From contig OZ244937.1 of NCBI GenBank assembly GCA_965222075.1, forward strand, positions 1,664,001 to 1,728,000: a stretch of 64,000 nt of DNA. The letters are read 5' to 3'. Within the stretch, counting starts at the first letter, position 1. Each line of letters starts with the position of its first letter. The notes under the pieces were generated by a model that worked only from the letters and a program-made list of their open reading frames with translations, was not told where the DNA came from and searched no databases. Position numbers and translations under genes: made by a program. Below are positions 19,521 through 28,376 of the stretch, piece by piece. The stretch is from Candidatus Latescibacterota bacterium (GTDB lineage: Bacteria; Latescibacterota; UBA2968; GCA-2709665).

Positions 19521-21293
19521 TTAATCTTCGGTTAAGACAGCATTTTTATCTGTCTGGCGGATTTTATCTGCGAGACTCAAGCCCAGTGTGAAAGCAAAGG
19601 TCGATTCTTCATCAGAGATATTCCATTCTTTGCCACAATTAACCCACGCTTCTGCGAGTTGGGGATCAAGAGTTTTAGCTACCCAACCAAAGCGTGCATA
19701 TTGGCGCAATTTAGTTTGCGCTTCTGGATAAATGTGCTGGAGTTTCCGGCGATCCATTTTTACACCCTGAACTTTTTTGAGGAATGGTGTCCGTTTGTCG
19801 AGGTCCTGATATTGAGCGGATGCCACTGTTTTAACATAACATCCAGTTAAAAAAGCAACAGCCTTTTCCTGGAGATCAAAAAACTCAGGATGAGATTTAA
19901 TATACTTTCCATACACATTGTCTTGTTCTGCCATCGTCACACCTCCTTTTGGTGGGGTTAAAATCTGAAGAAGACTCAGAAAACGATATGTCGCCCATGC
20001 ATCGCGAACGGTAAATACGGCTTTGTCCGGTTCTCTTTTGTAGGCAGTGAGAATAACGGATACAGCGTCTCGAAGGAAGACTTCACGAGCAATTTTGTTT
20101 TTACCACCGGAAAAAATACGGTCGACATAAGCCAGAAATTGTTTCTGGCTACTTTTGTCTGATCGTGTGCCAGTAAATTGACGTAATGTTTTAAGTGTAA
20201 AACCGTAAGTCTGATTTTTGCTGAAATTTAAGAAAGAATCGAGATCAATTTGGTTTTTTATGCAATAAATTTCTTGAATGCGTGATGGTAGAATTTCATG
20301 AATCTCGGCAGTAATTCTCCAGGCTGCATTCTTTTTTTGATAAAAAACCATGGATAACGCAATGGTATCCTTGTACCCAGAAACTTCTGCCAGTGCTTCC
20401 AGAATCTCGTTCTCGGAGTATGTAATTGTCCTTAAGGCATCCTTTTTAAGTGAAACACGTTCTCGCTTCTCCAATTCTTCAATGACATATTTGCTCAGTT
20501 CCGGGTTGCGAATCTGGGGCAAAAGTAAATATGATTCTCCAGCCAGACTAAATTGGAGATTTGTGTTGACGTAATTCCAGCCTTTTGATACAGCAAGCAT
20601 ACAGAGATCACATACAGGAAAATTTCGTGTCGCAGCACTATTATTCATGCCTCCCGTGATTAAACCTCTTTTGTCGAGATTGTAGCACGAGATCAATGAG
20701 AAATTTCCAAATACTTTTTCGGCTTGCTTTCCACACACAGAGCAAGCTTGATTTTTGGCTTCTAAAGGGAGTTTTTTGACACGACCATACCGGGAGAGTA
20801 CTTCAGAGATCGCAAATTGTTGGAAATGATTGTCTTTGTAGAATGGATCTAGTTTGGTACTTTCAACCCAAGCCAAATACACGAAGGGATATTTTTCGCG
20901 TGTATCAAGCTCTTCAAGCGTATTTTCAATATGCTCAGCGATTTGGATGTCATCATATCCGTCCAGAATATTATCTACCCGGTCTTGAATGGGTTCAACC
21001 TGGGGTGATTGGCTAAAAGCCTTCAAACATTTGTGAAGTCTTTGTGCGACTTTCTGCGGACTACCCGCAAATTTGGAGACTACCAATGGGTCAAATCCAT
21101 TAGGTGCTCCTTTGATATAGATCACATCTTTGCTACCTTCTGTTATTTTAATACCCTTGTATTGACCAGTTTCATCGAAACAGACAGCCAATCCATAATA
21201 GTATGAAGGTTCCAAGCCTTCATTCAAAAGTTTGATGCGAGCACTTTCATTTCCATAAAGAATTTGAGAAATATGAAGTAGTCGTTCGAACAT
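19521..21293 (-). CDS. cas8b: Cas8b/Csh1 large subunit (TM1802-like)
   Basis: CSVC...NFPVCDLC zinc motif, YNLDK.G, C-terminal Cas11-like AFLTG...FTLG; first gene of the operon. Confidence 0.88.
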   Translation of the reverse strand: MFERLLHISQILYGNESARIKLLNEGLEPSYYYGLAVCFDETGQYKGIKITEGSKDVIYIKGAPNGFDPLVVSKFAGSPQKVAQRLHKCLKAFSQSPQVEPIQDRVDNILDGYDDIQIAEHIENTLEELDTREKYPFVYLAWVESTKLDPFYKDNHFQQFAISEVLSRYGRVKKLPLEAKNQACSVCGKQAEKVFGNFSLISCYNLDKRGLITGGMNNSAATRNFPVCDLCMLAVSKGWNYVNTNLQFSLAGESYLLLPQIRNPELSKYVIEELEKRERVSLKKDALRTITYSENEILEALAEVSGYKDTIALSMVFYQKKNAAWRITAEIHEILPSRIQEIYCIKNQIDLDSFLNFSKNQTYGFTLKTLRQFTGTRSDKSSQKQFLAYVDRIFSGGKNKIAREVFLRDAVSVILTAYKREPDKAVFTVRDAWATYRFLSLLQILTPPKGGVTMAEQDNVYGKYIKSHPEFFDLQEKAVAFLTGCYVKTVASAQYQDLDKRTPFLKKVQGVKMDRRKLQHIYPEAQTKLRQYARFGWVAKTLDPQLAEAWVNCGKEWNISDEESTFAFTLGLSLADKIRQTDKNAVLTED

Positions 21294-21323
21294 GATTTTT
21301 TCCTTTTAAAATGGAGATTATAA

Positions 21324-21422
21324 TTCTAAATCCTTGTTTTAATGGATTTTATGATATATATTTTAACTTAACAGAACCATACCATGTTTCAATCCTTGTT
21401 TTGATAGTGGACTTCCAATGAT
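21324..21422 (-). ncRNA. crRNA-like RNA (CreR/CreA-type mini-array): pseudo-repeat, 25-nt spacer, pseudo-repeat
   Basis: Pseudo-repeats at 21324-21360 and 21386-~21422 keep the AATCCTTGTT core. Spacer ATGGTATGGTTCTGTTAAGTTAAAA matches 21491-21474 at 16/18. Confidence 0.8.
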
Positions 21423-21492
21423 TTGCCACAAGTTATGGAATTCATCACCAGTTCTGTCATTGGAGATTCTATTTTAACATAACCATACAATT

Positions 21493-21521
21493 AAGATAAC
21501 CGTTTCCGGGTAAAATGTCAA
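21493..21521 (-). promoter_or_regulatory. Sigma70-type promoter of the mini-array/cas operon
   Basis: TTGACA (21521-21516), 17 bp, TATCTT (21498-21493). Confidence 0.8.
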
Positions 21522-21590
21522 GAAAGACCTGAATAGTACTGCATGGCAGTACCGCAATTGATTCCCCGCCAAAATCTTCCATGAACTTTT

Positions 21591-22559
21591 TTACTTCCCC
21601 TTTCCATACATTTTCCCCGCTGCAATCATATCCTCTGCAATCACCTGCCTCAGTTCCTCCGGCTCCAGCACCTCGCAGTCCGGTCCCCAGCCCCGAATCC
21701 ACGGCTTCATCTCCAATGTATGCTTCACTCCCAGCCGCATCCGGCACCCGCCGTCCGGCTCATCCGTCACCTCCACCACGCCCGGCCAGTCCGATTCCCG
21801 CACCCGGTACGCCACCCTGGCTGAAAACCGCAACACCACCTCCACAACATCGTCGCCGCCCATAACGCCCCAGGAATGTTCTAAATAATCGTACGGATCG
21901 AATCCATCCTGCACTTCGTAGACCGTCTCCAGCAGCGTGGCCCGTTCAATCCGCTCCACTTTGAACTCTCGAATATTCCGGCGCAAATGGTCATAACCGA
22001 TGACATAACAGGCATATCCGATCGGGGAAGGCTCGATAAAATAGGGATCAAAGGTGCGCCTGGTGGTTTTTTGGGTCTGTGGATTGTGATAAGTCAACCG
22101 CACCTGCTTGCGTTCGGACCAGGCGCGGGTAAGGGTTTCCAGAACACGAATATAATCGCGATGCCGTTTGCGCTTGTCAGCGACTGCGGCCGTTCGGGTG
22201 ATATGTTCGCCTACGGACTCCGGCATCGCACTGGCCAGCTTCTCTAAGGCGGAAACAACATTGGGATTGTGTTTATCGCTGTGTGCCGAAAGCAGGCGTG
22301 CGGCCAGATAAAGCGCCAGGGCCTCGTGCAAACGCACCCGGACCGTGGTCAAATACCGATCCTTCAGCACCCCGAACCGACCCTCATCCTCCCAGATCGG
22401 TGTACCGGACGCCTCCAGCGACTGAAGATCCCGGTACACAGTACTTCGATGCACCCCAAAACGGTCCACAATCTCCGAAACCCTCCGTCCGTCCGCGGAT
22501 CGGAAGAGAAACGTCTCAATCGCTATCAGCCGCTCCACACGGCTCTGTGTTCGTCCCAT
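21591..22559 (-). CDS. HTH-WYL-WCX transcriptional regulator
   Basis: FGVHRSTVYRDLQSL HTH; RTFDPYFI..YVIGYD..REFKVERI WYL; WIRGWGPDCEVLEP WCX; GGAGG RBS before the ATG at 22559. Confidence 0.93.
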   Translation of the reverse strand: MGRTQSRVERLIAIETFLFRSADGRRVSEIVDRFGVHRSTVYRDLQSLEASGTPIWEDEGRFGVLKDRYLTTVRVRLHEALALYLAARLLSAHSDKHNPNVVSALEKLASAMPESVGEHITRTAAVADKRKRHRDYIRVLETLTRAWSERKQVRLTYHNPQTQKTTRRTFDPYFIEPSPIGYACYVIGYDHLRRNIREFKVERIERATLLETVYEVQDGFDPYDYLEHSWGVMGGDDVVEVVLRFSARVAYRVRESDWPGVVEVTDEPDGGCRMRLGVKHTLEMKPWIRGWGPDCEVLEPEELRQVIAEDMIAAGKMYGKGK

Positions 22560-22592
22560 CAAAATCCTCCACCCGTCAATATACACCCCACC

Positions 22593-22611
22593 TGTCGCAA
22601 CTACTGCGACA
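22593..22611. promoter_or_regulatory. Palindromic candidate operator upstream of the WYL gene
   Basis: TGTCGCA-actac-TGCGACA about 34 bp upstream of the start. Confidence 0.6.
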
Positions 22612-22859
22612 CCCGATATATTTTTTTGGCCTTCATCACATTTTCTACCTCTCCGGGGGGATGAAGGACCGTGTAACAAGGAGGGGGGTGACGCGCGAGC
22701 GCCTGCACGCGCTACCGAATTGCTGGAAAAACGCTTACGACATTCGGTTCACAATCTCACGCGCACGGGGTCGGCCATAGATCAGCCCACCTTGTAAGCG
22801 CGTACGGGCAGCGAATCCGTTTGGCTGCATAAACTCATGCGAACTTATGAAATCGACCA

Positions 22860-23231
22860 TTAGCCGCATGCCTTCAACAGAACCGCCGGTAGCCGCTTCA
22901 GTTCTTCGTTGCGCGGGTCAACCTCGAACCCGCCGGACTCCAGGGCGGTAACGCCCAGCAACGGTTCCGACCCTTCGTCCCCATACGCGATGGTCCCACC
23001 GACGACTTCTCCCTCAAACTCAATCTCGGCAATGGTTATATCCAGGGCGATGGACTTTCCATCCGCAAGTACGTACTCACGGCGGCCCCTCGGTTCAAGT
23101 CCGATCGCTTCCAGGTGCACCCTCGGTACGAGCGAGTCGAACGCGCCGGTATCGACCAGGAATTTGCCGGTCCAGCTTCGCTGCGGATCTGCAGGATTGC
23201 GGATGGTCACGTCAACACAGGTCGCGCCCAT
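22860..23231 (-). CDS. Clan AA (retropepsin-like) aspartic protease
   Basis: FLVDTGA and LLGVTALE motifs. Confidence 0.85.
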   Translation of the reverse strand: MGATCVDVTIRNPADPQRSWTGKFLVDTGAFDSLVPRVHLEAIGLEPRGRREYVLADGKSIALDITIAEIEFEGEVVGGTIAYGDEGSEPLLGVTALESGGFEVDPRNEELKRLPAVLLKACG

Positions 23232-23258
23232 TGTGATTTTCCTTCTGAGTGGGAAATG

Positions 23259-24138
23259 CTAATGCACGGCCTGTTCCATTCCGGCGATTTCCTCATCCGA
23301 CAGGGAATCGAAGTGTCTGGCGCGTTTCCTCGCCGAAAGTCGGCCGTTATTTTGCAGACAGAAGCGAATGAACAGATCGATCTGCCGGTCCGGCATGTCC
23401 ACGATTTCCTGGATGGCTTGTTTGCTCTCGTCGTACCTGGCCAGAAATGCCAGTTCGTCGGCGAGTTCCGTATCGATGGTCTGATCGATGAAGCGAAACA
23501 GCGCCTCCGCCTGGGGTGTCATGTCGATATAGCGGTACCAGATGGCCGTATCGTTGTGCACCGTCAAGCGGCCCTCTTCGTCAAGCGCGTATTCCACCAG
23601 GGACATCAGCGGTCGGGAGAACGCTTCCAGGGAAGCGTCGTAGTCTGCGGATCTCTTCAGCATAGTCGCCGATATGGGAAACATGACACGTTCGGCTGTA
23701 AAGCTGCGGCGGGCGAGAATGTTGTGGATCAGAAAGCGGTGAATACGACCGTTGCCGTCCTCAAACGGATGCAGAAAGACGAATCCATAGGCGATGGTCG
23801 CGGCTTGAATCACGGCCGGAACCTCGCCGGCTTCCATGCGTTCGTGTGCGGCCACAAGGCCGGCCATCAGGTCGGCCAAGTCCGCAGGCGTCGGGGCCAC
23901 GAAGTGGATCTGCTCTTTCTGCCAGGCCACGCTCCGCCCAACATAATTTTGGCTGCTTCGGTAGTCGGCATCGCGGAACCGGTCTGATGATGCCTCCGCT
24001 GGAGTTGACCCGGTGGATTCCGCGGGTGGTCACCCTGGAGGTGTGCCAATTCGGGATGACGCCAAGGTCGTACCGCTTGATCAGCGCCGCATACCCTGCA
24101 AGCCTGACTATCGGCTGTTCTTGATCCTGTTCGGCCAC
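23259..24138 (-). pseudogene. Fic-domain protein with an internal deletion
   Basis: N-terminal LAGYAALIKRYDL fragment joined out of frame near 23985 to DRFRDADYRSSQNYVG...HPFEDGNGRIHR. Confidence 0.8.
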
Positions 24139-24250
24139 GGCGTCCTCCGGAAAAACGCTTACGATATAAGAATTATACTTATAACAGAGGCCATGTCAAG
24201 AAAAACCGTTACACTCTGACACTCTCACCCGGTCTCCGGCAGGTGGTCGC

Positions 24251-25543
24251 TCAATTCAACCAGCCCGACAAAGAGAACGTCTGTGAAATAAAACGCTCCG
24301 ACACCCCATGCCGGCCCACGTCTCCCCGCTTGCCGATTTCCAGAACATACCGGAACTTTCCGGCTCTATTGTGAAGGGGCAAGCCGATGCCCAGGCTTAC
24401 GCCAACCTCCGATATCTGGGACCCGCTGGCGGTCTGGAAATAAAGGGAACGATAGTGCATCCCTCCCATCCACTCGATCCGCTTACTCTGGCTCATAGGA
24501 TCTGCCTGCCCTGCTCGGTACAGCACCCCTCCGGCAAGCTCCAGGGTATCGTATCGGCCGCTCCCCGTCTGCGACCAAAAGGTCTTTTCCACGTCAAGCG
24601 CCGCCATCCACTTATACCCTGTGGAATAGGCAATCCCGCCTCCCAAACTCGTAGGCAGCTTGATATCGGTCTCTGAAACCACCTCACGCTCAAGCCCCCG
24701 TTCCGCCCAGAAATTGCGCAGGTGCCGGGTCTGTTTAACCGTGCGCTTGATCTGCAGCGCGGCCCCCACGCGCCACCTGTTAGACGGCGTAAAGATCGCG
24801 CCAAAAGCCGGCAGGACGCCCCGGTGCGTGCGCACAATCCGATCTTCGGAATCCGATACCGTCCGTGTCTCCCCCCCCTGCAGAATCGAGCCGCTGAAAG
24901 TATCCACAAACCGATCTTCAGCATCCACAACAGCCTGGCTGTCAAAGTCTTTGCTCCAGGTCTCGGTAATGGTGCCAAGCACAACCAGATCCATCCGGGC
25001 GCCCAGATAGACCTTCTGTCCGACCCGCTGCCCGAACCTCAGCGAAACGGCCTGAATCCCGCCGGTGCCGTCAATGCTCAACTTGTGCCGGAGATCCCCT
25101 GTCCCGACCGTATCCACCAGTCCGAAGTCCAAATCCGTAAGGGGCTCCACGCCGATCCCGACAACCGTTCTCCGCCAGAAGGGAAGGACCATCTGAAAGG
25201 CGCCCAGGTCCCCGTCGGAAACCGCATGGGTCTGTTGCCCGTCGTTCAACGTCCGGCGATGCACGAAATACAGGCTGCTGAGGGCAGGGCGGGCGAACCC
25301 CGCCAGCAGCGCCGGATTCGCCGAACTGAAATTGCCCTGATCGAAATTCCCCGCGTCAATCAAGGCCCGGCCGGCCCCCCCCATCCCCTTGGACCGAACG
25401 TCAATCCGCCGCACGGGGTCTCCCACCCCGTTGAACGAAAAGACCGTCGCCGCCCCTGCCGGACCCGTCCACCCGACCAGACAGAGCCATACCATCCACC
25501 TGGACATGCGATTCCTCACGGTCGTTCCTCCAACATCGAACAT
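24251..25543 (-). CDS. Outer-membrane beta-barrel protein (FadL-like, FCB type)
   Basis: Signal peptide, GMGGAG..NPA motif, alternating beta-strands. Confidence 0.7.
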   Translation of the reverse strand: MFDVGGTTVRNRMSRWMVWLCLVGWTGPAGAATVFSFNGVGDPVRRIDVRSKGMGGAGRALIDAGNFDQGNFSSANPALLAGFARPALSSLYFVHRRTLNDGQQTHAVSDGDLGAFQMVLPFWRRTVVGIGVEPLTDLDFGLVDTVGTGDLRHKLSIDGTGGIQAVSLRFGQRVGQKVYLGARMDLVVLGTITETWSKDFDSQAVVDAEDRFVDTFSGSILQGGETRTVSDSEDRIVRTHRGVLPAFGAIFTPSNRWRVGAALQIKRTVKQTRHLRNFWAERGLEREVVSETDIKLPTSLGGGIAYSTGYKWMAALDVEKTFWSQTGSGRYDTLELAGGVLYRAGQADPMSQSKRIEWMGGMHYRSLYFQTASGSQISEVGVSLGIGLPLHNRAGKFRYVLEIGKRGDVGRHGVSERFISQTFSLSGWLN

Positions 25544-25552
25544 AGTGGCTCC

Positions 25553-26737
25553 TTATCTGGTATCAGGCGGCAAGGAATAGGTCACCTTCAAGATTGGATT
25601 TTCAAGCACAACCCAGAGGATCACATCGTTATCCACCGGCGTCAAGCGCATGCCGTGATTAGGGATATCCCCCGAAACCCACCCCTGCACCAGCGCCCGG
25701 TTCAAGACAAAACTGGGCTGCTTCGGCCCAAACTGCCACGCATTGAATTTGGTAAAGAGGGTATCTCCCACTTCGGGTCGAACATCCAAACGGCTCACAT
25801 GGAAACGAAAGCTATCGAAAAGCGAATGATCCCGGTCCACATCGGTTTCAAGCTGCACCGAATTGACCGACGCGCCGGGGGGGATATTATCCGGAAGGTT
25901 GAAGCGAAGAATGGAACTGTAACGAATGCCGGATGCCAGAATCAACAGGTCCGGATCCGAGGCAGGCCCACCCCCGTCCTGGGCCCCCCAAAAGGTGTCT
26001 TCCGCCGCACCGCTCTCGTAGCGGTGGTGCACGCCTCCTCCGAAAGAATAGGTGAGCTCGAGCCTGGGGCGTCCGGACGGCTCACCCTCTTTGGATATCA
26101 ACAGCACAAGAAAGTCCGCTGTCTCGGCCGGAAGCAACATAAGATCGATCTGAGCCATCAGAGCGTCCGTATCAATCGCCTGCTCCATAAACGGGCTTGT
26201 GAGGTCTATGACCACACTGCTGTCGCCTGTGGAAACCTCGAAAGCCCCCGGAATTCCCGGAATCGATGAAACGGGAAGGTCGATTTCAGTAGCGGTCAGC
26301 GTATCCACAAATACGCTGGCTTCGTTCCAGGCGCCCTCAGGACGGCCTACGGCCAATTTCCCCTCGCCGCCACGTTGCAGAAAAGGATCGGACTGGAGGA
26401 TAAGGCGCAGCGCGTTCACCTCAAAACCGTTGGCGCTACTTTCGCCCGCCGCGCGGGCCAGGGAATCGGCGGAAGGCACCCGAAACCGGAGCAACGAGCG
26501 GAAGAGCAGGCCGTTCATCCGCCCCACCAGAAGCGCCCCGGCCTGTCCCTGATCCAGAGAGCTGACCCCCTCAAACACCGATGAGGCGCCTGACAGAGAC
26601 AGCGGCGAAAGTTCAACCACGCGGCCCGAGCCACCGATCAGCTCACGTCCCACCGGATTTGTTGCCCTGTCTCCGCACCCATTCCCCCAAAAGACAACCA
26701 TCAACAACACCGTCCCAATCAACCGATGAACCCTCAC
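25553..26737 (-). CDS. Putative lipoprotein (DUF4270/DNRLRE-like), paired with the outer-membrane protein
   Basis: Lipobox-like GNGC; RSLLRF, SKE..RPRLELTY and WVSG..NHG motifs. Confidence 0.6.
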   Translation of the reverse strand: MRVHRLIGTVLLMVVFWGNGCGDRATNPVGRELIGGSGRVVELSPLSLSGASSVFEGVSSLDQGQAGALLVGRMNGLLFRSLLRFRVPSADSLARAAGESSANGFEVNALRLILQSDPFLQRGGEGKLAVGRPEGAWNEASVFVDTLTATEIDLPVSSIPGIPGAFEVSTGDSSVVIDLTSPFMEQAIDTDALMAQIDLMLLPAETADFLVLLISKEGEPSGRPRLELTYSFGGGVHHRYESGAAEDTFWGAQDGGGPASDPDLLILASGIRYSSILRFNLPDNIPPGASVNSVQLETDVDRDHSLFDSFRFHVSRLDVRPEVGDTLFTKFNAWQFGPKQPSFVLNRALVQGWVSGDIPNHGMRLTPVDNDVILWVVLENPILKVTYSLPPDTR

Positions 26738-26771
26738 GGCTTCTCCTCCAAATCAGACTATGGTGTTTACT

Positions 26772-26853
26772 GTAGGGGCAGACCTGTGTACCTGCCCCAT
26801 TTTGACCCACACACTGGTGTGAGCCATTTTGACCCACACAGATGCGCCCCTGT
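26772..26853. repeat. REP-like GTAG palindrome pair with an internal CCATTTTGACCCACACA direct repeat
   Basis: GTAGGGGCAGACCTGTGTACCTGCCCC ... CACACAGATGCGCCCCTGT. Confidence 0.6.
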
Positions 26854-26911
26854 AAATAAAACGCCTGACCCCCAAAAACGTTTCCGCCTCTATCTAAATC
26901 CCGCAGCGGAT

Positions 26912-27454
26912 TCAATACACCTGGTCGATGAGAATATCCCCGCTGTGCTCTCCCGCCGCAACCGGGTTTTTGGGACAGACCCCCTCCATATCTCCCGGCT
27001 GCCGTCCGACCATGCCATCCCGGTCGACTTTGGCCACCAGGTACATCTCCGGAATCTCCGCCAGCACAATACCCTCTCCGAACATCCCGGCCACGTCGTC
27101 CTGGGTCAGCGTATATTGGTAAGGGAACTCCGGAACCCGCAGTCGCTTAAAAGCGTATGGCGGTCCTCCGTCCGCACGTTCCCGCGCAATAATATACAAA
27201 TAAGCGTTTCCGGGAACCCTTGCGGCCAGGTCCGGCGCAAGTCGAATCGTTCCACTGACCGTTCCGGCCGCCTTTGAGGCCCCTCCCCTGCCTGCCGGCC
27301 GCCCCCCCTCGATCGGGGGATGTCCCTCGGGCAGAGCGATCACCGGAGGGGGCTTGGGGGGAGGATGCGACCCTTCTTCGTAGTGCTGGCTGCATCCCGT
27401 CAAAAGCGCGATCAGGAGGCCTCCGGAAAACAGCCTCCAGGACCTCAACACCAT
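26912..27454 (-). CDS. Lipoprotein with a CcmI/CycH C-terminal-like domain
   Basis: LLTGC lipobox; LPEGHPPI; VSGTIRL..LYIIAR..GGPP..FPYQYTL..AKVDRDG. Confidence 0.7.
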   Translation of the reverse strand: MVLRSWRLFSGGLLIALLTGCSQHYEEGSHPPPKPPPVIALPEGHPPIEGGRPAGRGGASKAAGTVSGTIRLAPDLAARVPGNAYLYIIARERADGGPPYAFKRLRVPEFPYQYTLTQDDVAGMFGEGIVLAEIPEMYLVAKVDRDGMVGRQPGDMEGVCPKNPVAAGEHSGDILIDQVY

Positions 27455-27588
27455 ATCCCCCACCTCCACCTCATAAAAACGTGAACAGCCAACACGTAAA
27501 GAAGGCTGAAGTCGATTGGAACCGAGCTTCAGCCCGTTGACCACAGCCTCTATTTCCCCTCTCCTCTGCCGGGATTGAAGACCACCTG

Positions 27589-28359
27589 TTATCTCCCATT
27601 GGCGATCTCTTCTTCTGTCATAGTCAAAATCCGGGGATTGCCATCCATAATAGCAACCACGTGTTCAAAATGTGCCGACGGCAGCCCGTCCGAGGTCGAA
27701 GCGGTCCACCCGTCCCCTGCAACAACCACATCCGGTTCGCCCAGATTGACCATCGGCTCAATGGCCAGCACCATCCCCCTGCGCAGCCGGGGGTTGCGCT
27801 CCAGGGGCAGATAGTTGGGCACGGGGGGCTCTTCGTGCAGCCTCCGGCCGATGCCGTGTCCCACAAACTGCCTGACAACCGAAAATCCCCGCGCCTCGAC
27901 CCACTTCTGAATACCCCCGCAGATATCGGCCAACCGCTGGCCGGCACAGGACGCCTCGATCCCCTTGAAGAGGGACTCGCGGGTCACACACATCAACCTT
28001 TGCGCCTCCGGGGAAGTCTCCCCCACGGCGGTGGTAAGCGCCTGATCGCCATAGTAGCCCCCCAGCTTTGCGCCAATGTCGATGCTGACAAGGTCCCCCT
28101 CTTGCAGTTCCCGATCCCCGGGAATGCCGTGCACCACCTGCTCGTTAATGGAAATACAGGCCGTGGCCGGATACCCGTGGTAGCCCTTAAAAGCCGGTAC
28201 GGCGCCGTAGCCCCGAACCACCTCCTCGGCCACCCGGTCCAGCTCCGCCGTCTTCACCCCGGGCCGGATCAACCCCCGCAACACCCGGTGCGCCAGCCCG
28301 ACCACCCGGCAACTCGCTCGAATCCGGTCGATTTCACGGTCTGTCCGCAGCGCAATCAA
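27589..28359 (-). CDS. map: Type I methionine aminopeptidase
   Basis: CISINEQVVHGIP, DIG..GYYGD, GHGIG..LHE, AIEPM, SAHFEH. Confidence 0.97.
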   Translation of the reverse strand: MIALRTDREIDRIRASCRVVGLAHRVLRGLIRPGVKTAELDRVAEEVVRGYGAVPAFKGYHGYPATACISINEQVVHGIPGDRELQEGDLVSIDIGAKLGGYYGDQALTTAVGETSPEAQRLMCVTRESLFKGIEASCAGQRLADICGGIQKWVEARGFSVVRQFVGHGIGRRLHEEPPVPNYLPLERNPRLRRGMVLAIEPMVNLGEPDVVVAGDGWTASTSDGLPSAHFEHVVAIMDGNPRILTMTEEEIANGR

Positions 28360-28376
28360 CTCGCCCCTCCCGGCCC

